Source: Clostridia bacterium (GTDB taxonomy: Bacteria; Bacillota; Clostridia; Oscillospirales; CAG-272). Taken from it: a stretch of 64,000 nucleotides of DNA. The stretch covers positions 9,705 to 73,704 of the forward strand of contig JAGASL010000061.1 in assembly GCA_017621755.1 (NCBI GenBank), in the 5' to 3' direction. This document shows, piece after piece, positions 9,517-17,128 of this stretch (positions are counted from its first letter, which is position 1; the number at the start of each line of letters is the position of its first letter). The notes below the pieces were generated by a model that was given only the letters and a program-made list of their open reading frames with translations, had not been told where the DNA came from and made no database searches. The translations under genes and the position numbers were made by a program.

Positions 9517-10428
9517 TTACATAGCATCAATATACCGACAAGCGGCAATGGCGGCCACGGCACCGTCGGCGGTGGCGGTGGTCACCTGGCGGACGGCCTT
9601 TTTGCGGCAGTCGCCTGCCACGAACACGCCGGGGGTACGGGTCAGGCAATCCTCGCCTGCCGCTACGTAGCCGGCTGCATCCAGCTCGACGAAATCAGCA
9701 AACGCGCCGTTCTCGGGCACCAGGCCGATGGCCACGAACATACCGTCCAGCGCCAGCTCGGTTTTGCTTCCGTCTGCCGTTTTTTCTAACGTGATGCCGG
9801 AAAATTCCGGCGTGTCGGCAATGGCAGACACCACCGTGCCGGTAATGACCTCTACGTTGCCGCGCTTAGAAAGGATCTCCTGCAGGCGCTTTTCACCCGT
9901 CAGAAAATCTAAATTCTGGATCACGTAGACCTTCTTGCTGGTCTCGGAAAGCAGGATGGCCTCCTGCAGCGCCGAATTGCCGCCGCCCACGAGCGCAACG
10001 GTCTTGTTGGCGAAGAACGCGCCGTCACACACCGCGCAGAAGGAGATGCCCTCACCAATAAAGCGCTCCTCATTCGGCAGACCCAGGTGGCGGTGCTGGG
10101 CACCGCAGGCCAGGATCACAGTACGGCACTCGTAACGGTTGCCATCCTCGGTCAGGACGGCCTTATGGTCGCCAAGCTCTTCAATGCCGGTTACGTTCTC
10201 TACCTCGACCTCTGCCCCCTGTGAAAGCACCTGCTCGACCATGTGGTCGGCCAGCTCGCTGCCGCTGATGCTATCAAAGCCGGGATAGTTTTCTACCTTA
10301 GGGGAGAAGGTGATCTGCCCGCCGAAGGCGGCGCGATCAAGGATCAGCACGCTTTTATTGGCGCGGCGGGCATATACGGCGGCGGTAAGACCGGCCGGGC
10401 CTGCACCAACGATCACGATATCATACAT
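9517..10428 (-). CDS. trxB: Thioredoxin-disulfide reductase (low-Mr TrxR)
   Basis: 303 aa. FAD motif IVGAGPAGLTAAVYA, redox-active CAVCDG, NADPH motif VGGGNSALQEA. GGAGGA RBS. Confidence 0.9.
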   Translation of the reverse strand: MYDIVIVGAGPAGLTAAVYARRANKSVLILDRAAFGGQITFSPKVENYPGFDSISGSELADHMVEQVLSQGAEVEVENVTGIEELGDHKAVLTEDGNRYECRTVILACGAQHRHLGLPNEERFIGEGISFCAVCDGAFFANKTVALVGGGNSALQEAILLSETSKKVYVIQNLDFLTGEKRLQEILSKRGNVEVITGTVVSAIADTPEFSGITLEKTADGSKTELALDGMFVAIGLVPENGAFADFVELDAAGYVAAGEDCLTRTPGVFVAGDCRKKAVRQVTTATADGAVAAIAACRYIDAM

Positions 10429-10447
10429 AGCTTGTTTCCTCCATAAA

Positions 10448-10473
10448 AGACGGGCGGCGTAAGCCGCCCGTCT
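10448..10473 (-). terminator. Hairpin between nrdD and trxB (weak terminator or attenuator)
   Basis: AGACGGGCGG-ctta-CGCCGCCCGTCT on the minus strand, followed only by TTTAT. Read-through into trxB is plausible. Confidence 0.4.
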
Positions 10474-10484
10474 GCTTGCTTATT

Positions 10485-12869
10485 TTAGGCCTGCGCGGAC
10501 TGAATATACTGCTTAACACCGGGAACCATGACGTACTTCTCGACCTGGCCATCCTTGACAGCCACCAGCGTGGGCGCCTGCTTGATGCCAAGCGATTCGG
10601 TCAGGGCTACGTTTTCCTGTGCCAGCATCTTGGTATAGGCGATGCCTGCCTTAGAAAGCAGCGACTCGGCGATCTTGCAGTTCGGGCAGGTGGCAGAGGC
10701 GAAGAGGTAAACGCCGTCGCCCAGGGCAACCTGTGCCTCGCATGCGCAGGGGGCCTCTTCGTTGCGCGGGCCGCTGTGCGTCAGCACCGAGTTGGCAATA
10801 TCGTAGGTCTTACGCTCACGGTATTCCTGTGCCTTACCGTCGTTCCAGTTCTTCACGGGGCGGTAGTAGCCGGTGATACGGCTATAGACCTCGGTCTCCT
10901 TACCGCAGGTGGGGCAGCTGAACTTCTCGCCGGCGATGTAGCCGTGCTCCTTACATACCGAGTAGGTAGGAGACAGGGTGTAGTAGGGCAGGCGGTAGTT
11001 CTCGGCGATCTTACGTACGATCGAGGCAGCTGCACGCCAATCAGGCAGCTTTTCGCCAAGGAAGGCGTGGAATACGGTACCGGAGGTGTACAGGGTCTGC
11101 AGCTCGTCCTGAATATCGAGCGCAGTGAAGATATCCTCGGTAAAGCAAACAGGCAGGTGAGAGCTGTTGGTGTAGTAGGGCGTTTCACCCTCGGAGGCAC
11201 AGATGATATCCGGGTAGTGCTTGCGGTCATGCTTAGCAAGACGGAAGGCAGTCGACTCGGCCGGGGTAGCCTCGAGGTTATAGAGGTCGCCGTACTTTTC
11301 CTGGTAATCGGAGAGGCGCTCACGCATATGGTTGAGCACGTTCTGGGTAAATACCTGCGTCTCCTTATGCGTCATATCCTTGCGGATCCACTTCGCGTTC
11401 AGACCGGCCTCGTTCATACCAACCAGACCAATGGTGGAGAAGTGGTTAGCAAAGGTGCCGAGGTAGCGCTTGGTGTAGGGGTAAAGCCCCTCCTCCAGCA
11501 GCTTGGTAATGATGGTTCTCTTGATCTTCAGCGAGCGGGCAGAGATATCCATCATGTGGTCAAGGCGCTTGTAGAAGTCCTCCTCGTTTTCGGCCAGGTA
11601 GGCGATACGGGGCATGTTGATGGTAACAACGCCGATAGAGCCGGTGCTCTCACCGCTACCGAAGAAGCCGCCGGACTTCTTACGCAGCTCGCGCAGGTCA
11701 AGGCGGAGACGGCAGCACATGCTTCGCACATCAGAGGGCTCCATATCGCTGTTGACGTAGTTGGAGAAATAGGGGGTGCCGTACTTCGATGTCATCTCGA
11801 AGAGGAGCTTATTATTCTCGGTCTCCGACCAGTCGAAATCACGGGTGATGGAGTAGGTGGGGATGGGGTACTGGAAGCCACGGCCGTTGGCATCGCCCTC
11901 GATCATGATCTCGATGAAGGCGCGGTTGACCATATCCATTTCCTTCTTACAGTCACCATACTTGAAATCCATGCGCTTGCCGCCGATGATGGCGTACTCG
12001 TCCTCGAGGTCATGCGGCACGGTCCAGTCCAGCGTGATGTTGCTGAAGGGAGCCTGGGTACCCCAACGGCTGGGGGTGTTCACACCGTAAACGAAGGACT
12101 CAATGCACTTCTTAACGGCATCGTAGCTCAGGTTATCGGCCTTAACAAAGGGGGCCAGATAGGTATCGAAGGAGGAGAAGGCCTGTGCGCCTGCCCACTC
12201 GTTCTGCATGATGCCAAGGAAGTTGACCATCTGGTTACACAGGGTAGCCAGGTGCTTGGCCGGTGCCGAGGTGATCTTGCCGGGAACGCCGCCAAGGCCC
12301 TCCTCGATCAGCTGCTTGAGCGACCAGCCGGCGCAATAGCCGGTCAGCATAGACAGGTCGTGCAGGTGGATATCGGCGTTGCGGTGCGCGTTGGCGATCT
12401 CGTCATCATAGATCTCAGAGAGCCAGTAGTTGGCGGTGATCGCGCCGGAGTTAGAGAGGATCAGACCGCCGACCGAGTAGGTAACGGTAGAGTTCTCCTT
12501 CACGCGCCAGTCGATGTTCTTGACGTACTTGTCCACGATCTCCTTATAATCAAGGATCGTAGACTTCATGTTTCTCAGCTTTTCGCGCTGACGGCGGTAG
12601 AGAATGTAGGCCTTGGCCACGTCGGCATAGCCAGCCTGTACCAGCACGGTCTCTACGCTATCCTGCACGTCCTCTACGGCAATGAGCCCGTCAGCTACCT
12701 TCGGCTCGAAATCCGAGGTGACCTTGAGTGCCAGGAAATCAATAATGCTTTCATTGTACTTGCGATCGCATGCGTCAAACGCCTTTTCGATCGCGGCGGA
12801 AATCTTGCTGATGTTAAAATCGGCAACACTACCGTCTCTTTTCTTGACCCGATACATGTTCTCTTTCAT
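10485..12869 (-). CDS. nrdD: Anaerobic ribonucleoside-triphosphate reductase (class III) with a C-terminal thioredoxin-fold (CPNC) domain
   Basis: 794 aa. N-terminal ATP-cone (MYRVKKRDGSVADFNISKISAAIEKAF), C-terminal CPTCG Zn-site context and a glycyl-radical motif SRITGYYRPV. About 85 extra residues follow, containing VYLFASATCPNCK ... APTLVAV (DNA about 10488-10745). Confidence 0.92.
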   Translation of the reverse strand: MKENMYRVKKRDGSVADFNISKISAAIEKAFDACDRKYNESIIDFLALKVTSDFEPKVADGLIAVEDVQDSVETVLVQAGYADVAKAYILYRRQREKLRNMKSTILDYKEIVDKYVKNIDWRVKENSTVTYSVGGLILSNSGAITANYWLSEIYDDEIANAHRNADIHLHDLSMLTGYCAGWSLKQLIEEGLGGVPGKITSAPAKHLATLCNQMVNFLGIMQNEWAGAQAFSSFDTYLAPFVKADNLSYDAVKKCIESFVYGVNTPSRWGTQAPFSNITLDWTVPHDLEDEYAIIGGKRMDFKYGDCKKEMDMVNRAFIEIMIEGDANGRGFQYPIPTYSITRDFDWSETENNKLLFEMTSKYGTPYFSNYVNSDMEPSDVRSMCCRLRLDLRELRKKSGGFFGSGESTGSIGVVTINMPRIAYLAENEEDFYKRLDHMMDISARSLKIKRTIITKLLEEGLYPYTKRYLGTFANHFSTIGLVGMNEAGLNAKWIRKDMTHKETQVFTQNVLNHMRERLSDYQEKYGDLYNLEATPAESTAFRLAKHDRKHYPDIICASEGETPYYTNSSHLPVCFTEDIFTALDIQDELQTLYTSGTVFHAFLGEKLPDWRAAASIVRKIAENYRLPYYTLSPTYSVCKEHGYIAGEKFSCPTCGKETEVYSRITGYYRPVKNWNDGKAQEYRERKTYDIANSVLTHSGPRNEEAPCACEAQVALGDGVYLFASATCPNCKIAESLLSKAGIAYTKMLAQENVALTESLGIKQAPTLVAVKDGQVEKYVMVPGVKQYIQSAQA

Positions 12870-12872
12870 AGC

Positions 12873-13565
12873 TCATCCTTGCCCCCGCAGCTCTGCCGCA
12901 GGAATGTATTTTTTAATGATGTCTAAGAAGGCCGACATCTCAGCCTCCGAAAAGGAGGAAACGCCCGCACCCAGCAGGTTTCCGGAATCGCGGAAGGCCT
13001 GTAGGAAATACCGCTTTGTGCCCGCCAGCAGCTGCCCGATAGCCTCTGCATCGGCGGCGGTATGGATCCCCTTGACCCAGGTGGTGCGAAACTCGTGCGG
13101 TAGATCGCTTTCCTCTAACAGGCGGATGCTCTGCAGATAGGGGGCTATATCCCCTTCCCTACCCGTTGCAACGGCATAGCCGGCGGGCGAGCTTTTCACG
13201 TCCATGGCCACGTAATCCAGTAGGCCGGTGCCAAGCAGCGCGGCAAGCCGATCAGGCAGGCTGCCGTTGGTATCCAGCTTCACGGCATAGCCCATCTCCT
13301 TCACCCTTTGTATAAAGGCAGAAAGATCGGTCTGTAGCAACGGCTCACCGCCCGTGATACAGACCCCATCCAGCAGGCCTCGGCGTGTGGCGAGGTAAGC
13401 GAGCACCTCTTCTTCGCTGTTCTTTGATGAAAACGGCGTGCGTACCAGACCGGCATTGTGGCAAAAGGGACAGCGCAGATTACAGCCACCCGTAAAGATC
13501 GTGCAGGCTACGCGGCCGGGAAAATCCAGCAGCGTGAGCTTCTGGTAGCCCTGTACGTTCATCAT
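12873..13565 (-). CDS. nrdG: Anaerobic ribonucleotide reductase activating protein (radical SAM)
   Basis: Start moved to the ATGATG at 13565/13562 after an AAGGAG RBS. Radical-SAM cluster motif GGCNLRCPFCHN. The upstream 59 codons of the track ORF run through the promoter and NrdR boxes. Confidence 0.9.
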   Translation of the reverse strand: MMNVQGYQKLTLLDFPGRVACTIFTGGCNLRCPFCHNAGLVRTPFSSKNSEEEVLAYLATRRGLLDGVCITGGEPLLQTDLSAFIQRVKEMGYAVKLDTNGSLPDRLAALLGTGLLDYVAMDVKSSPAGYAVATGREGDIAPYLQSIRLLEESDLPHEFRTTWVKGIHTAADAEAIGQLLAGTKRYFLQAFRDSGNLLGAGVSSFSEAEMSAFLDIIKKYIPAAELRGQG

Positions 13566-13593
13566 TCGCTCCTTTCGGAATTGGTTCGGGGAT

Positions 13594-13622
13594 AGTATAC
13601 CACAAAGAAAGCGCTGTGTCAA
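13594..13622 (-). promoter_or_regulatory. Sigma-A type promoter of nrdG-nrdD
   Basis: Minus strand TTGACA (13622-13617), 17 nt, TATACT (13599-13594). Confidence 0.55.
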
Positions 13623-13630
13623 TAGGAAAA

Positions 13631-13678
13631 ATACAATATTTAGCATAAATTTTCTTGTGAAAACACTATATATTGTGT
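13631..13678 (-). promoter_or_regulatory. Tandem NrdR boxes
   Basis: ACACTATATATTGTGT (13663-13678) is a near-perfect match to the NrdR palindrome acaCwAtATaTwGtgt. A weaker second box, ATACAATATTTAGCAT (13631-13646), lies 32 bp away centre to centre, the usual tandem spacing. Confidence 0.65.
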
Positions 13679-13820
13679 TTTTGTCTGCATAAAAAACAGT
13701 AAGAAAAAAACAAGAAAAAACGAAAAAAGGCAAGCGGAGCAAGGCTTTTTTAGCGTTTCTTCAAAAAAGGAGCATGCATTTATGCATATTTTACTGTTTA
13801 TTTTTCCATCCGAGAAAAAG

Positions 13821-13850
13821 AAAAAGCCGAGAAAATTTTCTCGGCTTTTT
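13821..13850. terminator. Rho-independent terminator downstream of the ABC transporter operon
   Basis: AAAAAGCCGAGAAAA / TTTTCTCGGCTTTTT perfect hairpin, 6 nt beyond the stop at 13857. Confidence 0.75.
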
Positions 13851-13856
13851 CGTGAT

Positions 13857-14651
13857 TTAAGAAAGCAGGGTCCTGTCGTTGGAAAATTCCTCTCCGGCAA
13901 CCAGAGAGAACTTTTCAAGCAGTGCCTCTACCGTCAGCTTTTTCTTTTCCTCGCCCGCAATATCCAGAATGATGTTGCCATCCTGCATCATGATCAGGCG
14001 GTTACCGTGTGCGATCGCATCACGCATATTGTGCGTTACCATCAAGGCGGTGAGATTAGATTCGGCGATCAGCTCGTCGGTCAGAGAAAGCACCTTGGCG
14101 GCCGTTTTGGGGTCCAACGCTGCGGTATGCTCGTCCAGCAGCAGCAGCTTGGGCTTTTGCACGGTAGCCATCAGCAGGGTGAGTGCCTGGCGCTGGCCGC
14201 CGGAAAGCAGGCCGACCTTGGCGTTCATACGCTCCTCAAGACCGAGATCAAGGCGGGCAAGCAGCTTGCGGTATTCCGCACGCTCGGCATTCTGAATGCT
14301 CCAGCGCAGGGTGCGCGCCTTGCCGCGTCGGGCGGCGATGGCCAGGTTCTCTTCTACCTCCATCGAGGCAGCGGTGCCCAGCATCGGGTCCTGGAACACG
14401 CGGCCGATCAAGGAAGAGCGCTTATGCTCGGGCAGGCGCGTTACGTCTACCCCGTCGATCAGGATCTGCCCCTCGTCCACCTGCCATACACCGGCAATGG
14501 CGTTCAGCATGGTCGATTTACCGGCCCCGTTACCGCCGATGATGGTAACAAAATCCCCCTCGTTCAAGGTCAGGTCTACGCCGCGCAGCACGTGCTTGGC
14601 ATTGATACTGCCGGGAAAAAAGGTCTTGTGGATGCCTGTCAGCTTAAGCAT
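13857..14651 (-). CDS. ABC transporter ATP-binding protein (COG1101-like)
   Basis: 264 aa. Walker A GGNGAGKST, signature LSGGQRQ, Walker B LLLLDEHTAALD. Confidence 0.9.
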   Translation of the reverse strand: MLKLTGIHKTFFPGSINAKHVLRGVDLTLNEGDFVTIIGGNGAGKSTMLNAIAGVWQVDEGQILIDGVDVTRLPEHKRSSLIGRVFQDPMLGTAASMEVEENLAIAARRGKARTLRWSIQNAERAEYRKLLARLDLGLEERMNAKVGLLSGGQRQALTLLMATVQKPKLLLLDEHTAALDPKTAAKVLSLTDELIAESNLTALMVTHNMRDAIAHGNRLIMMQDGNIILDIAGEEKKKLTVEALLEKFSLVAGEEFSNDRTLLS

Positions 14652-15561
14652 GGCCGTTACCTCCCTTCCCCTTTACGTGGCTAAAATACTTCCCCTTGAG
14701 ATAGGGCATAGCAAGGAACAGCGCAACCAGCAGCGCCGAGAAGAGCTTGAGATAGTCTGTCGGCAGGCCAACCTGAATGATCAGCGCCGTCACCATCTGA
14801 TAAATGATCGCGCCTACGACCACAAAGGCCAGCTTCACGGCGAAATTGGCGCCTTTTTTGAAGAGCGCATCGCACAGCACGCTACCAATGATAACAGAGG
14901 CCAGGCCGATCACAATGGCACCACGGCCAAAATTGATATCCGAGTTGCCGTTATACTGGGCAAACAGACCGCCCGCCATGGCAACGAAGCCGTTGGAGAG
15001 CATGAGGCCGAAAAGCGTAGTAAAGTTGGTATTGATGCCCTGCGCGCGGGACATATTGGGATTGGCACCCGTAGCGCGCAGCGAGCTGCCAAATTCCGTA
15101 CCGAAGAACCAGTACAGGAAGGCGATCGCCACTACTACGAAAACAAGGCCCACGATCATCGACTGGGTGTTGTTCGACAGCTTTACGATCACGTCATATT
15201 CGCGGCTGCTGACCTTGGCATTCGGGCCGCCCATAATACTGAGGTTGATCGAGAAGAGAGAAAGCTGTGTCAAAATACCGGCTAAGATCGCTGGAATGCC
15301 CAGCGTAAGATGGAAAAAGCCGGTGATCGCCCCTGCCACAAGGCCGGCAAGGAAGGCAAGGAACACGGCCAGCACGGCATTCATCCCGTTTGCGATGCAA
15401 ACGGCCGCCACAGCGCCGCCGGTAACAATCGAGCCGTCTACGGTCAGATCGGCCACGTCCAAAATCTTATAGGTGATATAAACGCCAAGCGCAAAGACCG
15501 CATAAAACAGCCCTTGCGCTACGGCGCCCTCCATCGACCCGAGTAAAGATAACCAGTTCAT
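14644..15561 (-). CDS. ABC transporter permease (COG4120-like)
   Basis: 305-aa polytopic membrane protein. Its end overlaps the ATPase gene start by 8 nt (operon). Confidence 0.85.
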   Translation of the reverse strand: MNWLSLLGSMEGAVAQGLFYAVFALGVYITYKILDVADLTVDGSIVTGGAVAAVCIANGMNAVLAVFLAFLAGLVAGAITGFFHLTLGIPAILAGILTQLSLFSINLSIMGGPNAKVSSREYDVIVKLSNNTQSMIVGLVFVVVAIAFLYWFFGTEFGSSLRATGANPNMSRAQGINTNFTTLFGLMLSNGFVAMAGGLFAQYNGNSDINFGRGAIVIGLASVIIGSVLCDALFKKGANFAVKLAFVVVGAIIYQMVTALIIQVGLPTDYLKLFSALLVALFLAMPYLKGKYFSHVKGKGGNGHA

Positions 15562-15598
15562 GTTTTACCCTTTCAGGAAGGTGATATAAATAATGAAA

Positions 15599-16552
15599 TT
15601 ACTTCAGAGAGTCAGGCAGGGTGATGTTCATTTCTGCCATGACCTCTTCGTTAGTGATGAGGGTCAGCTCATCAGCGCCGAAGATCTTGATCGGCATGTC
15701 GGCAGGGCTCTTGCCGTTGACCAGGATATCGTAGGCCTGCAGACCAGCCTGGTAGCCGATATCGTAGTAGCTGAGGCTGTAGGAGGCCACGCAGCCAGCC
15801 TTACACATCGACTCCTCACCCGCGATGACAACAACACCAGCCGGAGCGGCGATATCACGCAGGATATCAACATTAGCGGCGATCAGATTGTCGGTCGGCT
15901 CGTAGATGACCTCGCTCTCGGAAACGGCCTTGGTAACCACCTGCTGCAGATCGCTGGAATCGTTTGCGTAGTAGATGGTAACGGTGTAGCCCTCTGCCTC
16001 AAAGGCAGCCTTGGCCTCATCGGCCTGGATCTTGGAGTTTTCCTCTGCTGCGCAGATGATGATACCGATCTTCTCGGCATCGGGCGCGAAGGCCTCGATC
16101 AGCGCCAGCTGGTTAGAAACGGGGTTCATATCCGAAACGCCGGTCACGTTCGAGCCGGGCTTTTCGTTGCTATCTACCAGGCCAGAGCCAACGTAGTCGG
16201 TAACCGAGGTACCAACGATCGGAATGGTCTCAGTCGCCTCACGTGCTGCCACAACGGCATTGGTGGCGTTGGCCATGATCAGATCAACCTTATTGTTAAC
16301 GAACTTGGTAACGATGGTGGTGCAGTTGTTCTGCTCGCCCTGTGCGTTCTGATAATCAAAGCGAACCTTGTCGCCCAGCTTTTCGGTCAGGGCAGCCTTA
16401 AAGCCCTCGGTAGCGGCATCCAGCGCATCATGCTGTGCCAGCTGAATGATACCGATGTTATAGGTCTTTTCACCGCCGCCACAGGAGGAAAAGACCAGCG
16501 TAGCGCATGCCAGCATGGCTACTACCAACAGAAGAGAAAGTACTTTTTTCAT
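15599..16552 (-). CDS. ABC transporter substrate-binding lipoprotein (COG2984 / ABC_sub_bind-like)
   Basis: Start moved to the ATG at 16552. Lipoprotein signal MKKVLSLLLVVAMLACATLVFSSCGG. The rest resembles periplasmic-binding-protein type I. Confidence 0.85.
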   Translation of the reverse strand: MKKVLSLLLVVAMLACATLVFSSCGGGEKTYNIGIIQLAQHDALDAATEGFKAALTEKLGDKVRFDYQNAQGEQNNCTTIVTKFVNNKVDLIMANATNAVVAAREATETIPIVGTSVTDYVGSGLVDSNEKPGSNVTGVSDMNPVSNQLALIEAFAPDAEKIGIIICAAEENSKIQADEAKAAFEAEGYTVTIYYANDSSDLQQVVTKAVSESEVIYEPTDNLIAANVDILRDIAAPAGVVVIAGEESMCKAGCVASYSLSYYDIGYQAGLQAYDILVNGKSPADMPIKIFGADELTLITNEEVMAEMNITLPDSLK

Positions 16553-16607
16553 GTTGAAAATCCTTTCAGGTTTTAATATCTTTTCGGCACGCGCCGTAAA
16601 AGCCAAA

Positions 16608-16887
16608 ATAAAAAAACAAACGCCCCTGTATCCAAGATACAGAGACGACTCAGGCCGTGTTACCACTCTGCTTTACTGCGGCCTTACGGCAGCAGCCTTA
16701 GGGGGCACCATACAGTGTCCTGCGATGTGACGGTCGCGCCCGGCGTAGCCTACTGCCATATGGGTTCGGTACGCAGCTCCCGGAATGTATTTCACCCAGC
16801 GCTACCACTGCCTTGCACCATCCGGCAGCTCTCTGCAGGCGCTTACGGGGTTACTTCTTTCCGATCTTCGCTTTTCTGATTTAATAT
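16608..16887 (-). promoter_or_regulatory. T-box riboswitch leader (candidate UAC/Tyr specifier) with intrinsic terminator
   Basis: Read on the minus strand. Stem I carries AGAAGUA (S-turn side), AGAGAG and GGUGCAA distal motifs. The specifier-loop 3' side is GAAA-UAC-A followed by helix UUCCG. The T-box sequence is AAAGCAGAGUGGUAACACGG (16655-16674). The terminator has a 12-bp stem (16621-16647) plus UUUGUUUUUUU. Confidence 0.78.
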
Positions 16888-16893
16888 GCTAAA

Positions 16894-16922
16894 ATAATAC
16901 CACAGATCTTTTCGTTTGTCAA
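16894..16922 (-). promoter_or_regulatory. Sigma-A type promoter of the T-box/ABC operon
   Basis: Minus strand TTGACA (16922-16917), 17 nt, TATTAT (16899-16894). Confidence 0.6.
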
Positions 16923-16964
16923 GCCCTTTTTTGAAATTTTATGCAGCCTTTTTCGATAAAAATT

Positions 16965-16989
16965 CCCGCCCGGGATTTTCCCGGGCGGG
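16965..16989 (-). terminator. Rho-independent terminator after the giant gene and small ORF
   Basis: CCCGCCCGGG-aaaat-CCCGGGCGGG followed by AATTTTTAT on the minus strand, 6 nt past the small-ORF stop at 16996. Confidence 0.75.
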
Positions 16990-16995
16990 TGCGTG

Positions 16996-17127
16996 TTATT
17001 CCTCGAAATTCAGCGCTTTTTTGATCATGTCGGAAAAATCATCCACGATCAGGCCGTTGGTCTCCATCAGCAGGTCAGCGGCGGAAAAGAGCTGCAGCTC
17101 GCAAAGCGGTGCTTGATATTCTTTCAT
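16996..17127 (-). CDS. Candidate 43-aa acidic small protein, translationally coupled to the upstream giant gene
   Basis: ATG at 17127 lies 1 nt after the giant-gene stop (17131-17129). A GGGAGG RBS is formed by the last two Gly codons of that gene. The ORF lies before the operon terminator. The product MKEYQAPLCELQLFSAADLLMETNGLIVDDFSDMIKKALNFEE matches no family I recognise. Confidence 0.4.
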   Translation of the reverse strand: MKEYQAPLCELQLFSAADLLMETNGLIVDDFSDMIKKALNFEE

Positions 17128-17128
17128 C

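Noticed and set aside
10476-12926. An 816-aa + strand ORF covering the whole of nrdD.
   Set aside because: It is the shadow frame of nrdD. The minus-strand product carries ATP-cone, Zn-site and glycyl-radical motifs, whereas the plus-strand product is G/V/L/A-rich with no motifs.
12873-13742. The long form of the nrdG ORF (289 aa), and similar N-terminal extensions in the track for the SBP, ribU, RR, potB, rpsL, rpsG, rpoC, isomerase, XRE and RNHCP genes.
   Set aside because: The extensions run through promoters, NrdR boxes, riboswitches or terminators. Internal ATG/GTG codons with good RBSs give N-termini that match the families (for example MNVQGYQKLTLLDFPG for NrdG).
16608-16887. My first impression was a cobalamin riboswitch upstream of the ABC transporter (GGUGAAAU... 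and GCCACUG-like strings).
   Set aside because: No B12-box core could be aligned. The leader instead fits the T-box layout (specifier loop, AGAGAG/GGUGCAA distal motifs, UGGU-containing T-box sequence competing with a terminator).
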